DNA of 63,982 nucleotides, the filler included, from Phoronis australis (taxonomy: Eukaryota > Animalia > Phoronida): assembly GCA_002633005.1 (NCBI GenBank). It is 6 parts of 6 records of this genome, joined end to end, with 100 filler letters (N's around TTAATTAATTAA, not from the genome) between each part and the next. Parts side by side here need not be neighbours in the genome. Positions count along the whole stretch, not along the records: positions 38,610 to 60,254 come from NMRA01001407.1; positions 60,355 to 62,582 come from NMRA01003783.1; positions 62,683 to 63,982 come from NMRA01001615.1; 3 more parts are not named here. One strand, written 5' to 3'. Position numbers and translations under genes: made by a program. The notes under the pieces were generated by a model, which did not search any database, was not told the origin of the DNA, and worked only from the letters and a program-made list of their open reading frames with translations. Below, piece by piece: positions 52,125-63,090 of the stretch. The stretch's first letter is position 1; each line of letters starts with the position of its first letter.

Positions 52125-52502
52125 NNNNNNNNNNNNNNNNNNNNNNNNNNNNNNNNNNNNNNNNNNNNNNNNNNNNNNNNNNNNNNNNNNNNNNNNNNNN
52201 NNNNNNNNNNNNNNNNNNNNNNNNNNNNNNNNNNNNNNNNNNNNNNNNNNNNNNNNNNNNNNNNNNNNNNNNNNNNNNNNNNNNNNNNNNNNNNNNNNNN
52301 NNNNNNNNNNNNNNNNNNNNNNNNNNNNNNNNNNNNNNNNNNNNNNNNNNNNNNNNNNNNNNNNNNNNNNNNNNNNNNNNNNNNNNNNNNNNNNNNNNNN
52401 NNNNNNNNNNNNNNNNNNNNNNNNNNNNNNNNNNNNNNNNNNNNNNNNNNNNNNNNNNNNNNNNNNNNNNNNNNNNNNNNNNNNNNNNNNNNNNNNNNNN
52501 NN

Positions 52503-52870
52503 CGCGGCATTGCAGACGACATTCGCCTCGAAAAGCGGAAGTTGCTCTTTATGTTTCGGAGGAACGTAAATTGTCAACATTGCCGGGGCATCTGGGATAG
52601 CGTGGTGGGATTTTCAATGGCGTCTCGTGTTATTGTAAACCGCGGCGACAAATACTACGGCTCTGCAGCCAAAAATGTGTGGGTTGGGAATGGACGGACG
52701 AGCTAAAAGGACGCAGACGCATGCTATTGGTGGTGGTAATGTTTTTTTTATTTAGTCCTCCCGATTTTTGTCGGGGAAAGGTGCACATCGACCATTTCAA
52801 GGCTGGATAGCGCGCATGATTTGGGCCGTAAAAGTTTACGCGTTTTTTGTCATTGGTCATTCCAAGCCCT
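52503..52870. mobile_element. hAT-like MITE family Z, partial copy
   Basis: Aligns with 59090-59469; ends CATTCCAAGCCCTG. A further end fragment lies near 44085-44113. Confidence 0.8.
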
Positions 52871-53099
52871 GATCATCTTAATGCTTGAACTACGTCATCT
52901 TAATGTTTTGTTTATTTTGGTGTTAGTCACTCATACAACACATTTTCATTGAACAATACTTTTTACTGTGCTGAAGATAAGGAGGATACCTATTTGGTCG
53001 TTAGCTACTGTGGTCACTCCTGTAAAATTTGTGACGTGTACACTTTACCTTGAACTCAACCTCGCTCCACCCATTAATCCTCTATTTTGTTCTTTACAG

Positions 53100-53476
53100 C
53101 TCACATAAACACTGCTACGATTGCTGCAGCTCTGCGGTGGAACACTGCGTCACGCTGCTGCGCGCACTGGCCACTAACGCCCCCTTTAGGCAGGTGCTGT
53201 GTACACACGGCCTGCTTGACGAGCTTTTCACGCGAAACCTGCGCTACGGGCCAGCAAATGTGCGTGCAGATGTGCGTCAACTGATCTGTCTACTGACCAG
53301 AGATAACGCTAAGGGTACGGAGAAGATCTGTCGCCTGATTGGCTCACGCGTCACTGATGCCATCAACAACCATGTGAGCATCCCAGACCTGGGCGCCAGC
53401 GTACGACACGAGATGTTACTGCTGGTCAACGCGGTACAGAAGGAAGACACGTGCTGGGAACAGAGAGTGCGCTGTG
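53100..53476 (+). CDS. UBR4: UBR4 exon 7 of 11
   Basis: CYDCCSSAVEHCVTLLRALATN..VRQLICLLTRDN..KEDTCWEQRVRC. Confidence 0.97.
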
Positions 53477-55039
53477 GTCAGTTGTTTGGTCGTTTATTCT
53501 TCTAAATAAATGATGGCTAGAAACTGTCTAGAAATAGAAGAGTCATGATTTCTGGTTTGTTTACGCTTTCCTTGGGGGATAGTGGGTTAAAATGCTGATC
53601 TTTGTATAAATTTATCAGCAACTCCCAGTTGGAAGGAGCAGCTGTGGTGTTGGGAGCCAGATAGTTTTGGTCAATACAGTTTGAACATATCAGTTGATTA
53701 AGTGCTCTGGTGGTTACTATCAACCCTCATGGATTGTTGTTTGGAACTATGGTTAATTGTTCATTAATTTGTCACTCATTATAATTACAGAATTATTAGG
53801 ATACATTTACTAAATTTCTCAATGAGCATGTACACGAGATAATAGTGTTGTGCAGCGGCTGTAGTTGTCTAGTTATGTACTTTCACTGTAAAGCTGTCAT
53901 CAGTGAACACATTGTTCGGAAAGACTTTAATATTTGACTTCCCACTGTGTGGCAAGGGTTCATTGGCCTTCACACCTTTTGGGTTCCAATGCCTTTTACA
54001 GTTCCGAACATGGAAAGTTGGACTACCGCATGTCTGGTTGTGTTGCTGGGGAAATATCAATATGTTCATACTGAACTGTCTATGACTGTGAGACACATGA
54101 CTTGCAACAGGCATGGGAAAACCACTAAATGGCGCTTTCGCGGTGGAAATCTGTGTTACTTGTGGATGAATCAAACATCTGAGGCATGTTTCCCCGTGTA
54201 TAATATGTAAATAAATAGTGTTTATAACACGAGAGTCAAAGAGGGGACCCCTGCAGCTAATGATGAACAAGTTATATCATGATGAAACATGGAAGTAAAT
54301 GTCACAACGGCTAAAATGACATTACTGCTGCACTAGTTGTCAGCCATTATCTTATTAAATGTTCTTCGCTTGCGACAACACCTTGTTTGTCATACGGAGC
54401 TTATACAAAGTACTTAAATTCATTTCCTCAATTTCATTGCTTAGTAATGTTTGCTATGGTAACGCTTCACCTCTTTAGCACACAATGTGGCAGACAGGTG
54501 AAATGTTATTTTGTTTGATATCTCTCCAAAAAAATTAAGACAACTTTAATACATTGTTTACTTGACATGTACATTATGTAGATAAGATAAAATTTCTATT
54601 GATAAAGTTTTCTTTATTTGTTGCAAAATAATCAGAAGGAAAAGCACAAAGTAGGCTGTTAGTTTTCAGAATTTCTGTCAGCTAAATTAGTTTCTAATAC
54701 TTGGTGCAGTGAAATTTGCCATAATTGGACTAATAGGCTAAATATATGTAAGATCAAAAAAAAATTTGCAGTAAAGTTTAAATGTTTCAAGTTTCAATTT
54801 TAAGCTGCCTAGTTCCAGAACACTGACAACATTATTCAGAAGTAAACTCACATTTGCGTGCAGGGAACCCTAAGGCAAAACAATAGGCACGTCCCAAAAT
54901 ACCACAGTGCTGCTCTTATTGTACTGTCATTCCCAGAATGCAGTGCAAGTGGTGGACATGTGTCTCCCTGCTGCCATGCATAGCACAAAGCTACATCAAA
55001 GTTAGTTCTTTGTCATTTTAATGTCAACAAAAACTTGTT

Positions 55040-55380
55040 GTTGCACAGTGGCTGGCAGTGCTGGCTTCAGCAAAGTGTGACTTGCTGATTGTGACTGATA
55101 GACCTGACCACAGCAAAATGTGACCGACTGGCTGTGGCTGGCAATGCTGACTTCAGCAAAATATGACCTGCTGATTGTGGCTGATATTTTTGACATTGCT
55201 GACAACAGCAAAATGTGACATGCTGAGTGTGGCTGGCAGTTCTGAAAACAGGAAATGTGACCTGTTGAGTGTGGCTGGCAGTTCTGAAAACAGGAAATGT
55301 GACCTGCTGAGTGTGGCTGGCGATGCAATGTACAGCAAGATATACCCTGCTGAGTATGGCTGGTAGTGCTGACTGAGTGT
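55040..55380. repeat. ~42-bp degenerate minisatellite
   Basis: Unit aaatgtgacctgctgagtgtggctggcagttctgaaaacagg. Confidence 0.85.
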
Positions 55381-55719
55381 GAATTTCACAAGCGCTGTCT
55401 TGCCTAGTCAACCCTTGTTTGTTATCACTTTTGTCGCAAGTCACCACAAATACAATATTTCTAATCTCCATACCTTTAAACCTCGGTCACTGGTGATAAA
55501 TAAACAGTACTGCTGAGACTCAATTCCATCTTGTATTTCTGCCATGACTGGTTCCACACAAACACAGCTTGTGAAGGCGAAAACTGGATACTGCTAATAA
55601 GCATAATCTCACAATAAGTTATTTCCTGTTATATGCTATGATGCAGAAGCCTGTGATGTGAAAATAACAAACATCTTTATACTATGTGTACTTACCATGT
55701 TGAAGGAGCGACTCTTCTG

Positions 55720-55950
55720 ATTTGTGTGTGCTTGTCTCACTCAGTTTCTCATATACTGTGTCTGTCTATGGTGAAATGACTGACCGATGGTTTGTGTGCA
55801 CCTGTCTCACTGAGTTCCCTGAACATACTTTGTCCGTGTTGACGTGACTGACTGCTGGTTTGTGTGCGCCTGTCTCACTTAGTTCCCCGTACATACTTTG
55901 TCCATGTTGACGTGACTGACTGCTGGTTTGTATGCGCCTGTCTCAGTTAC
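55720..55950. repeat. ~68-bp tandem repeat
   Basis: Repeated gtttgtgtgcgcctgtctcact..catactttgtcc..gacgtgactgactgctg. Confidence 0.85.
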
Positions 55951-56269
55951 TCACTGTCGCAGGTGTTTAGCCTGAACACAATTAGTTAATAGTACTCATG
56001 GGTATTTTTTATTGGGTTCATTCTCCTGTTTGTGAGAGTGTAATTTTATTTGTGTAATTGATAGGTCATGCTATTGAGATTAGCTTTCAGCTTGGCTTCG
56101 GTGTGCTTAAAATTCACATGATTTGTCTTTGTCAGTTCATAAACCAGAGGGGCTTCACCTTGATTTATTCATTTTTCTCCTCCAAACCGATTGACTTGGA
56201 TTCCACAGACAAATTAAATTTTTTTCATCCACGGTCAGTCTGGTGAAGATGTCTATCTGTTTAGCATTA

Positions 56270-56548
56270 TACATCACCGAAGGAATGATTCTGTTCCCTG
56301 TTACCATCCCTATGTGTCTAATGTCACACTTCACGACCAGGTGAATGATTCTGTTCCCCACTACAATCTCTATGTGCTTAGTGTCAAACTTCACATCAGG
56401 ATGAATGATTTTGTCCCCTGTCACAACCGCTGTGTGTCTAGTGTCACACTTTACCACCAAGTGAATGATTCTGTTCCCCTGTTGCAATCTGTATGTGTTT
56501 AGTGTCACACTTCACCACCAGGTGAATGATTCTGTTCCCCATTATCAT
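56270..56548. repeat. 60-61-bp tandem repeat ending at a UBR4 acceptor region
   Basis: Five copies of gtgaatgattctgttccc..gtgtcacacttcaccaccag. Confidence 0.9.
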
Positions 56549-56568
56549 CTCGATCTTTCTGTTTGCAG

Positions 56569-56696
56569 TCATGCAGCTCTTCCTATCCAGCCTGGACACC
56601 AAGTCGCCGGTCGTCACAGACAACGTGACGTTGCCATGCCTACGCATCCTCCAACTGTTGGTCAAGCCAGAACCTCCAACTACCAAGAAACACAAG
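56569..56696 (+). CDS. UBR4: UBR4 exon 8 of 11
   Basis: VMQLFLSSLDTKSPVVTDNVTLPCLRILQLLVKPEPPTTKKHK. Confidence 0.96.
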
Positions 56697-56905
56697 GTGA
56701 CTGTGTAGTTTACATGTAGCTAAATATTTTGTCATCAAGACCCAGGACATTCTTAATTTGGCAAAATGTTTCTGTGGCACAAATCCCACTTGCTTATTTT
56801 GGTAAGGAGGCTTTTGTTGTATTTGAATTTGTGTATGTGTATATAATAGGATGAATGTGGTGAGATCCATAAAACTTTGAAATGTAAGGTCAATAAATGT
56901 CCCTC

Positions 56906-56990
56906 ACTGAATCTAGGTCACTGTAGGTCACTGAATGTAGGTCACCGAATGTAGGTCACTGAATGTAGGTCACTGAATGTAGGTCACTAA
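56906..56990. repeat. 14-bp tandem repeat
   Basis: Unit cactgaatgtaggt. Confidence 0.9.
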
Positions 56991-57217
56991 ATATTCTCAG
57001 TTGATGTCCAAAATATTCAGTCGCAATCGTAAGGTCTTCATTTGTATTTGTACAACTGAGCTATGGTCTTTGAATATAAACTTGAAGAGGTCATTAAATA
57101 GTTAATAATCACAACAGTTGAAGTAATCGTCGACATGAAATAGAGAAATTTTGTGTGTCGGTCGCAGTTGTTCTATTTCTCCTTCACCTTCAACCCTTAC
57201 TGGTACTCATTATACAG

Positions 57218-57350
57218 GACAAGAAGATTGGTGAGATGTGTACCGTCAACCCCGGGGGCCCTGATCTACGAGGCTTTGCCGACCGCTGGATCACAGGCGA
57301 CCCCATGTATACGTACAACGTTTGGAAGAGAATGCATGGGCAGAGACCAG
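57218..57350 (+). CDS. UBR4: UBR4 exon 9 of 11
   Basis: DKKIGEMCTVNPGGPDLRGFADRWITGDPMYTYNVWKRMHGQRP; W..DP..Y..WK pattern; phases fit. Confidence 0.92.
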
Positions 57351-57921
57351 GTGAGATGCAGATCGCATATCACATGCCTACTTCTAACCTAGTCACTAGG
57401 TGGCGAGACCATCTCGTGTCTGACAACAGAAACGGTTGCTTGTCATTGCTTTTGGTGCTTGATGTTACATAACAATGCCATGGTTTGTTCACTGTCTGAG
57501 ACATGAAGGGTCATCTGGTGGCCGTACTCTTTGTCATATATCATAATTCTTAATTGTGCTGTTTTTTTTTACTTCAATATGGAAAATGTGTTTGGTGAAC
57601 ACATGATTGAACTCTCTCTGCAGTATTGCCAGACACTAGAGAGTATTATTTGTCTTTGAAATGGTGCATATAAATAGACTGGTATTTGTTTTATTCTGAA
57701 TTGCACATTTATCTGCCAAATTTCAGCAAATTCATTCAAATATTACAGGAGATGAAAATGTCTTAACTTTTATCCTTGGATAGTGATTCTTCTTATTAGT
57801 CATGTTATCTAAGTAAGCCTGTAAACTGCACAAGCTTACCAATTGTAATGATCGTGAATAGACGAAACTTCTGCAAGGGGTCCATATGAGCTCATGGTGA
57901 GTGTCTTTTTACGTCCAACAG

Positions 57922-58035
57922 ATGTCACTGCTCCGAAAAAGAAGAAGGAGTCGAAAGAAGACGTTCATGCCCGCTACTTGATGGAAAAATATGGCCGACG
58001 ATGGATGGACTATGTGAAGAGGAAGCAATTAGGAG
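57922..58035 (+). CDS. UBR4: UBR4 exon 10 of 11
   Basis: DVTAPKKKKESKEDVHARYLMEKYGRRWMDYVKRKQLG; YLxEKYxxRW motif. Confidence 0.93.
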
Positions 58036-58195
58036 GTGTGTGTGTGTCCCAGCGTAGTGGGACAGTGATGGTGTGTGTGTCCCAGCATAGTGGGACAGTG
58101 ATGGTGTGTGTGTCCCAGCGTAGTGGGACAGTGATGGTGTGCGTGTCCCAGCGTAGTGGGACAGTGATGGTGTGCGTGTCCCAGTGTAGTGACTT
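58035..58195. repeat. 33-bp hairpin-containing minisatellite starting at the exon 10 donor
   Basis: Unit ggtgtgtgtgtcccagcgtagtgggacagtgat; gtccca/tgggac stem. Confidence 0.92.
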
Positions 58196-58742
58196 GGAGA
58201 TGATGGGTACAAAAGAATACAGCCTTCATTGTGGCATTGCTTCATGGAGTGTAACTACAGTCTAAATTATTTTTGGGTTTCGGGGGTCAAAAGGTCAGTA
58301 GAAGGACATACAAAGAAAAATGGGACACCTTTTACATGTTGAACAAATTACTGATGCAGAATGCAAACAATATTGTCAGAAGAGGAAGGCCAAGTGGTGT
58401 GTGGTATATTTTGATTCAGATAAGTTAAAGAGAATGGATTTTGTCAAAAGTAATCAACAATAGTAATCAAAGTGCCGTTTTGCCTGTCGTGTTCAGCTTG
58501 CAGTTGAAATGACGTCCAATGACCAATCGGTACTCATCATTCCAGCAAAATCGTAACTGCGTGTTAACTTTCTGGTCAATCCCCAACTTGATGGATGCCC
58601 ATGACTGAATTCTCTGCTTGTGCTTATCTGTGTGAACTTTGCTGTTCATATTGGAGTATAAAATCTCTCTGGCCTTAATCACTGTTCTTCTGTCCATGTC
58701 ATACATCCAACAGTTGGCTAATCATTGCTCTATCCCCTCCAG

Positions 58743-58896
58743 AACCCTCTTTACCTTTGACCCCGGCCAGCAGCCAGTGGTTACGGCGCGCCTTCTTCTC
58801 GCCCTCAAGCAACGCGCGTAAGACGGCCGTCAACATAGTGGAGACCATCGCCGAGCTTCCAGTTAGACGAATGGAGATGCTGGACCTCATGACTGG
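58743..58896 (+). CDS. UBR4: UBR4 exon 11 of 11 in window
   Basis: EPSLPLTPASSQWLRRAFFSPSSNARKTAVNIVETIAELPVRRMEMLDLMT gg|gtaagt. Confidence 0.94.
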
Positions 58897-58960
58897 GTAA
58901 GTACGTGTTGGTACTCTTGATCGGAACTCATTCGTGGCAATGTCCAGTTGTGACTTATTG

Positions 58961-59469
58961 CAGGGCTTGGAATTTTCCGCAGAAACGGATTTCCGCTTTT
59001 TTCAAATGTGCTTTCCACTTCTTTTATAATATTTCCGCGTAAAAAATCGGATTTGATATAAAATTTCCGCGGCAAATTCCTTTCTTACCGCGGCGTTGCA
59101 GACGACGTTCACCTCGAAAAGCGGAAGTTGCTCTTTATGTTTCGGATGAACGTAAATTGTCAACATTGCCGGGGCATCTGGGACAGCGTGGTGGGATGTT
59201 CAATGGCGTCTCGTGTTATTGTTAAGCGCGGCGACAAATACTACCGCTCTGCAGCCAAAATTGTGTGGGTTGGGAGGGGACAGGCGAGCTGAAAGGACGC
59301 AGATGCATGCTATGTTTTTTTTTTTTTTTTTAGTCCTCCCGANAGTCCTCCCGATTTTTGTCTGGGAAAGGTTCACATTGATCATTTCAAGGCTGGTTAT
59401 CGGGCATGATTTGGGCCGTAAAAGTTTCAAAGTTTCCGCGTTTTTTGTCATTGGTCATTCCAAGCCCTG
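58961..59469. mobile_element. hAT-like MITE family Z, full-length copy without matching TSD
   Basis: CAGGGCTTGGAAT...ATTCCAAGCCCTG; flanks acttattg and aatcactt do not match. Confidence 0.85.
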
Positions 59470-59760
59470 AATCACTTAGCTGAACATATTACGAAAACAT
59501 CTAAATCAACAATTCTTGGATTTGCTGACATCAATCAGCCATCAAATTGACAAAAATTTTCATGAAGAGAATATCATTTTCGACAAAAACATCAAAACAA
59601 ATTGAGTGTCCATAAATTGCCAGAATAATTTCAGTGACACTAAATTTTTCATTAGTTGATTTAAATGACCCACGATTGTTGTGTTACACTTGTTATTAAT
59701 TGTTGAAAGTCAAGACTAGGCGTCTTATTGGAATTGTAATGACTGTGGTTTGTTTTGCAG

Positions 59761-59873
59761 CAAGACCAGGGAATTTACAGTCAGATGATCAGAGACATGA
59801 TTTCAAACAACGAGATTCGCTTGACTGTGAATGTTAATGATCTTCGTCGGAAGTATCCAAAAAGAACGCAAGC
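59761..59873 (+). CDS. MCM3: Isolated exon of DNA replication licensing factor MCM3 (N-terminal region)
   Basis: ttttgcag|[37 protein letters not shown] gc|gtaagt; matches the MCM3 DQGIY..[12 protein letters not shown] signature. Confidence 0.88.
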
Positions 59874-60090
59874 GTAAGTAAACAGCATGATCCTAGGAAT
59901 ATCCATCTTAGTGTTCAAAGCAAACTTGATGATGCAAACAACTTGGATAATAGCTTTGGTGCCAAGATGTATAAATATATATATATACAACTTTATGCGG
60001 ATGCGGGCAAAAAATCTTGCCAAGTTTGCCATAAATTTAGTGTTATTAAAAACTTTGCTCGTCCTTGAATAAACTGATTTATTTGCCGGT

Positions 60091-60254
60091 GTTAATAAAT
60101 TCCTATTCTACAGTTGTTAATAATAAATTCCTATTCTACAGTTGTTAATAATAAATTCCTATTCTACAGTTGTTAATAATAAATTCCTATTCTACAGTAA
60201 CTGTTGTTAATAATAAATTCCTATTCTACAGTTGTTAATAATAAATTCCTATTC
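60091..60254. repeat. 28-bp tandem repeat at contig end
   Basis: Unit gttaataataaattcctattctacagtt. Confidence 0.92.
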
Positions 60255-60354
60255 NNNNNNNNNNNNNNNNNNNNNNNNNNNNNNNNNNNNNNNNNNNNTT
60301 AATTAATTAANNNNNNNNNNNNNNNNNNNNNNNNNNNNNNNNNNNNNNNNNNNN
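60255..60354. other. Artificial contig linker
   Basis: 44 N + TTAATTAATTAA + 44 N. Confidence 0.95.
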
Positions 60355-60479
60355 GCTGGTTAGAGCGTGGATACTACAGTGTAGCACTATGACATCACTG
60401 GCAGACAGACTTACCTCTGGGCCAAGCTGGTTAGAGCGTGGATACTACAGTGTAGCACTATGACATCACTGGCAGACAG
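60355..60479. repeat. 71-bp tandem repeat made from a NEK10 exon end and its donor site
   Basis: 60355-60408 is identical to 60426-60479; the unit includes cttac (minus-strand gtaag). Confidence 0.85.
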
Positions 60480-60494
60480 CAGAAGTACCAGGGA
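60415..60494 (-). CDS. NEK10: NEK10 exon (ARM region)
   Basis: cag|SLVLLLSASDVIVLHCSIHALTSLAQ ag|gtaagt. Confidence 0.88.
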
Positions 60495-61354
60495 CTGTAA
60501 AAATGTATGTCAACATGAGACTAGTAACCAACAGTATAGTAACCTTGACAGAACCACCACTCTCACATGTCATGGTTTTGTGTCTGTGAGTACTGTCAAG
60601 CATCCAGCCTCAGGGTGAGCATTTTCAGCAGAAATCTTGTAGTAAATAAAGCAATCGTCTAACAAAAAGTGTCACACTTCAAAAGCACCTGAGATGCATT
60701 ACCTCATAAGCAGAATAAGCTACAGTTTAGGGATCCCAAACAAAAAAGGCTATTTGCCTCATAGTCACAGGAGCCTCTAAAGTTTGTTGATCAGGAACGG
60801 AAGAGAAAATTTTAGGGAGAGAGTACCTCAAAAATTGAGGCAACTGGGGGATGGAAAAATTGTCAAGACCGTGGTCAGCTCAAATGACTAGACTTTTCTT
60901 AACTTCGGGTACCCTGAGAAACCCTAATATGGCATTGAAAATTCACAATCATATTTTTGTTCAAACATTATTAATATGCCTGTTGTTTTACATGCAGTTC
61001 ACAGCTGAATTTGGAAAAAGCATATACGTGCCTGACTGCAGATACTCAATCATGTTTTCATTCAAAACAGAGTTTATTGCTGCTGTTCAAACATAATTAC
61101 AACGCCGTCATCATTATAATAAAAAAACAGCAAGTCAGTGCATGCAAACCACACCAACAAATATTGAACACTGATCACAGACAAAACATCACTAAATTCC
61201 ACCCACTTTCAACTCATTTGTTAAGATTACATAAAACATTCGACTCAAAAGAACTGAAGAGCCTAACACAATGAAAGAGGATTTTTTTCCATTTTAAAAT
61301 ATGGTTTCACTTTTCATTGTTATACAGTAGGCAGGCTTGTCATTCAATAAACAC

Positions 61355-61422
61355 CTTGTGTGCACCACAAGCAACCAGCCACTCTCTTTGTTCAACGGCA
61401 GCAGACAACTTCTGGAAGATGT
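61355..61422 (-). CDS. NEK10: NEK10 exon
   Basis: cag|(N)IFQKLSAAVEQREWLVACGAHK|gt; matches NEK10 IFQKL..QREW..GAHK. Confidence 0.92.
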
Positions 61423-61509
61423 CTGAAAAGAGGAAAAGATCTCAACTAGAAATGGTAGTAAGGCAATGTAAATGATATGAACATGTAATCCCTCACACAA
61501 TGACAANAA

Positions 61510-61740
61510 GTACAACATTAGGAGTGTACTACACTCCTTGGTACAACATTAGGAGTGTAGTACACTCCTTGGTACAACATTAGGAGTGTACTGCACTCCT
61601 TGGTACAACATTAGGAGTGTAGTACACTCCCTGGTGCAACATTAGGAGTGTAGTACACTCCTTGGTGCAACATTAGGAGTGTAGTACACTCCTTGGTGCA
61701 ACATTAGGAGTGTAGTACACTCCTTGGTACAACATTAGGA
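61510..61740. repeat. 31-bp palindromic minisatellite, about 7 copies
   Basis: Unit gtacaacattaggagtgtagtacactccttg; aggagtgta/tacactcct stem; no spacers. Confidence 0.93.
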
Positions 61741-61903
61741 ACCTGAATTTATGAGTGTCCAATGAGTAACAAAAATGGGAAATTACTGCCAGTTCACATA
61801 TTAATAATTATGACATTTTCCACCAAATTCCTTCACGAAAAGCACAGGCAGATACTGCTGTTAATATTTATATTAAATTTTTTTAACCACAAACAACCCT
61901 TAC

Positions 61904-62109
61904 TTGTCATTTCCTTCAGGATTTCCACAACAAATGGACCATCCCCATAAGTCAAATAACTGCCAGTAGCTTTCTGTAACTTCTCTGACAACTCTTTCAC
62001 ACCCTGAAGATCAAAGAACTGTTTCTGGTATGTAGAGTCGCGCATTAAGATACGCAGGCAGACTAGCACTCGAAGAATGTTCTCAGATGGTGCCCTCTCT
62101 GACCACTCA
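61904..62109 (-). CDS. NEK10: NEK10 exon
   Basis: EWSERAPSENILRVLVCLRILMRDSTYQKQF..LTYGDGPFVVEILKEMT; matches NEK10 LRVLxCLRxLMRD. Confidence 0.94.
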
Positions 62110-62514
62110 CTGGAAACAAACACACAAGTTGAGAAATGGTAATTAATATCTGGCTTAAGCTTGCCATTTCAATTCTCAACAGGCAACTTTTTTGAAAAGG
62201 ACTATTAACTCTGCTAACTGCAAATATGTAACTCTAAAGCTGTGTTTTAGCCAAATGACAACTTGTAGAAGTGTTTTAATGACTATGAACCTGGGGACAC
62301 TGGTTGAGCTGTAGGTGGGCAGAAGGTGATGCTCTAACTCCACTGACTGGAGGCAAAAATCTCACTTAATTCTTCAACCAATGGGAACAAAATTTTGCTA
62401 ACAAGAGCTTTACAAAACACTGAAATGCACGTACAGTATGTCGATCAGCTTCATGTAAGATAGAAAAACCCAAGCACATCAATGCTAGTGTGTAGTGAAG
62501 ACCACCTCACTTAC

Positions 62515-62582
62515 AAGTTACACAGTCTTTGTTGAACAAGAGCGGCGAGAAGTTTAGTGAAATACTGGTGATGGTGATGACT
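62515..62582 (-). CDS. NEK10: NEK10 exon, 5' part lost in the linker
   Basis: SHHHHQYFTKLLAALVQQRLCN tt|gtaagt joins in phase to give RLCNFEW. Confidence 0.8.
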
Positions 62583-62682
62583 NNNNNNNNNNNNNNNNNN
62601 NNNNNNNNNNNNNNNNNNNNNNNNNNTTAATTAATTAANNNNNNNNNNNNNNNNNNNNNNNNNNNNNNNNNNNNNNNNNNNN
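62583..62682. other. Artificial contig linker
   Basis: 44 N + TTAATTAATTAA + 44 N. Confidence 0.95.
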
Positions 62683-63090
62683 GTTACTAGTGTCCTGTCA
62701 GGGCCTCAAACCCGAGATTCATTACTGGCCATGCTCTAAGCTATTAAGACCAATAGTCTGTAGAAGGTATATTTCCACTGTATACATTAACATTGTCAGC
62801 ATTGAACAATAATGATGAATGTGTATAAAAGATTGGATAACTCATAATTCAAATGTGTACGCAATGAATATGTTGCATCTACAGTCATCGTCCATGTAAT
62901 CGCATGTTATGTCCTCAGAAATATCAGTCGTTAGCCTGTAATATAGAAAATAAAAAAAGTTTAAGTCTTTCTCTTGCTTACACTGTTAAGCATTGGTCAG
63001 TCTGTATTCATTGGATAACAGCACATATCGTCTAACCACAATTATGGTATGATATATCGAAATCGAACCGTGCACGTCATGGTCTCTATA

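Noticed and set aside
51898-52706. Long ORFs in the ORF track (also 8584-8949 and 23563-24009)
   Set aside because: Artefacts of translating through N gaps and simple repeats.
58029-58229. His/Cys-rich metal-binding peptide (GHAHHHCPTTL repeats)
   Set aside because: Antisense reading of the 33-bp minisatellite; no independent gene evidence.
61510-61740. CRISPR-like palindromic repeat array
   Set aside because: Units abut with no unique spacers, there are no cas genes, and it lies in a eukaryotic intron.
38610-62582. UBR4-NEK10 convergent gene cluster
   Set aside because: Separated by an artificial linker, so adjacency is not evidence.
62690-62752. tRNA/SINE head on the minus strand
   Set aside because: Boxes are too degenerate and there is no second copy in the window.
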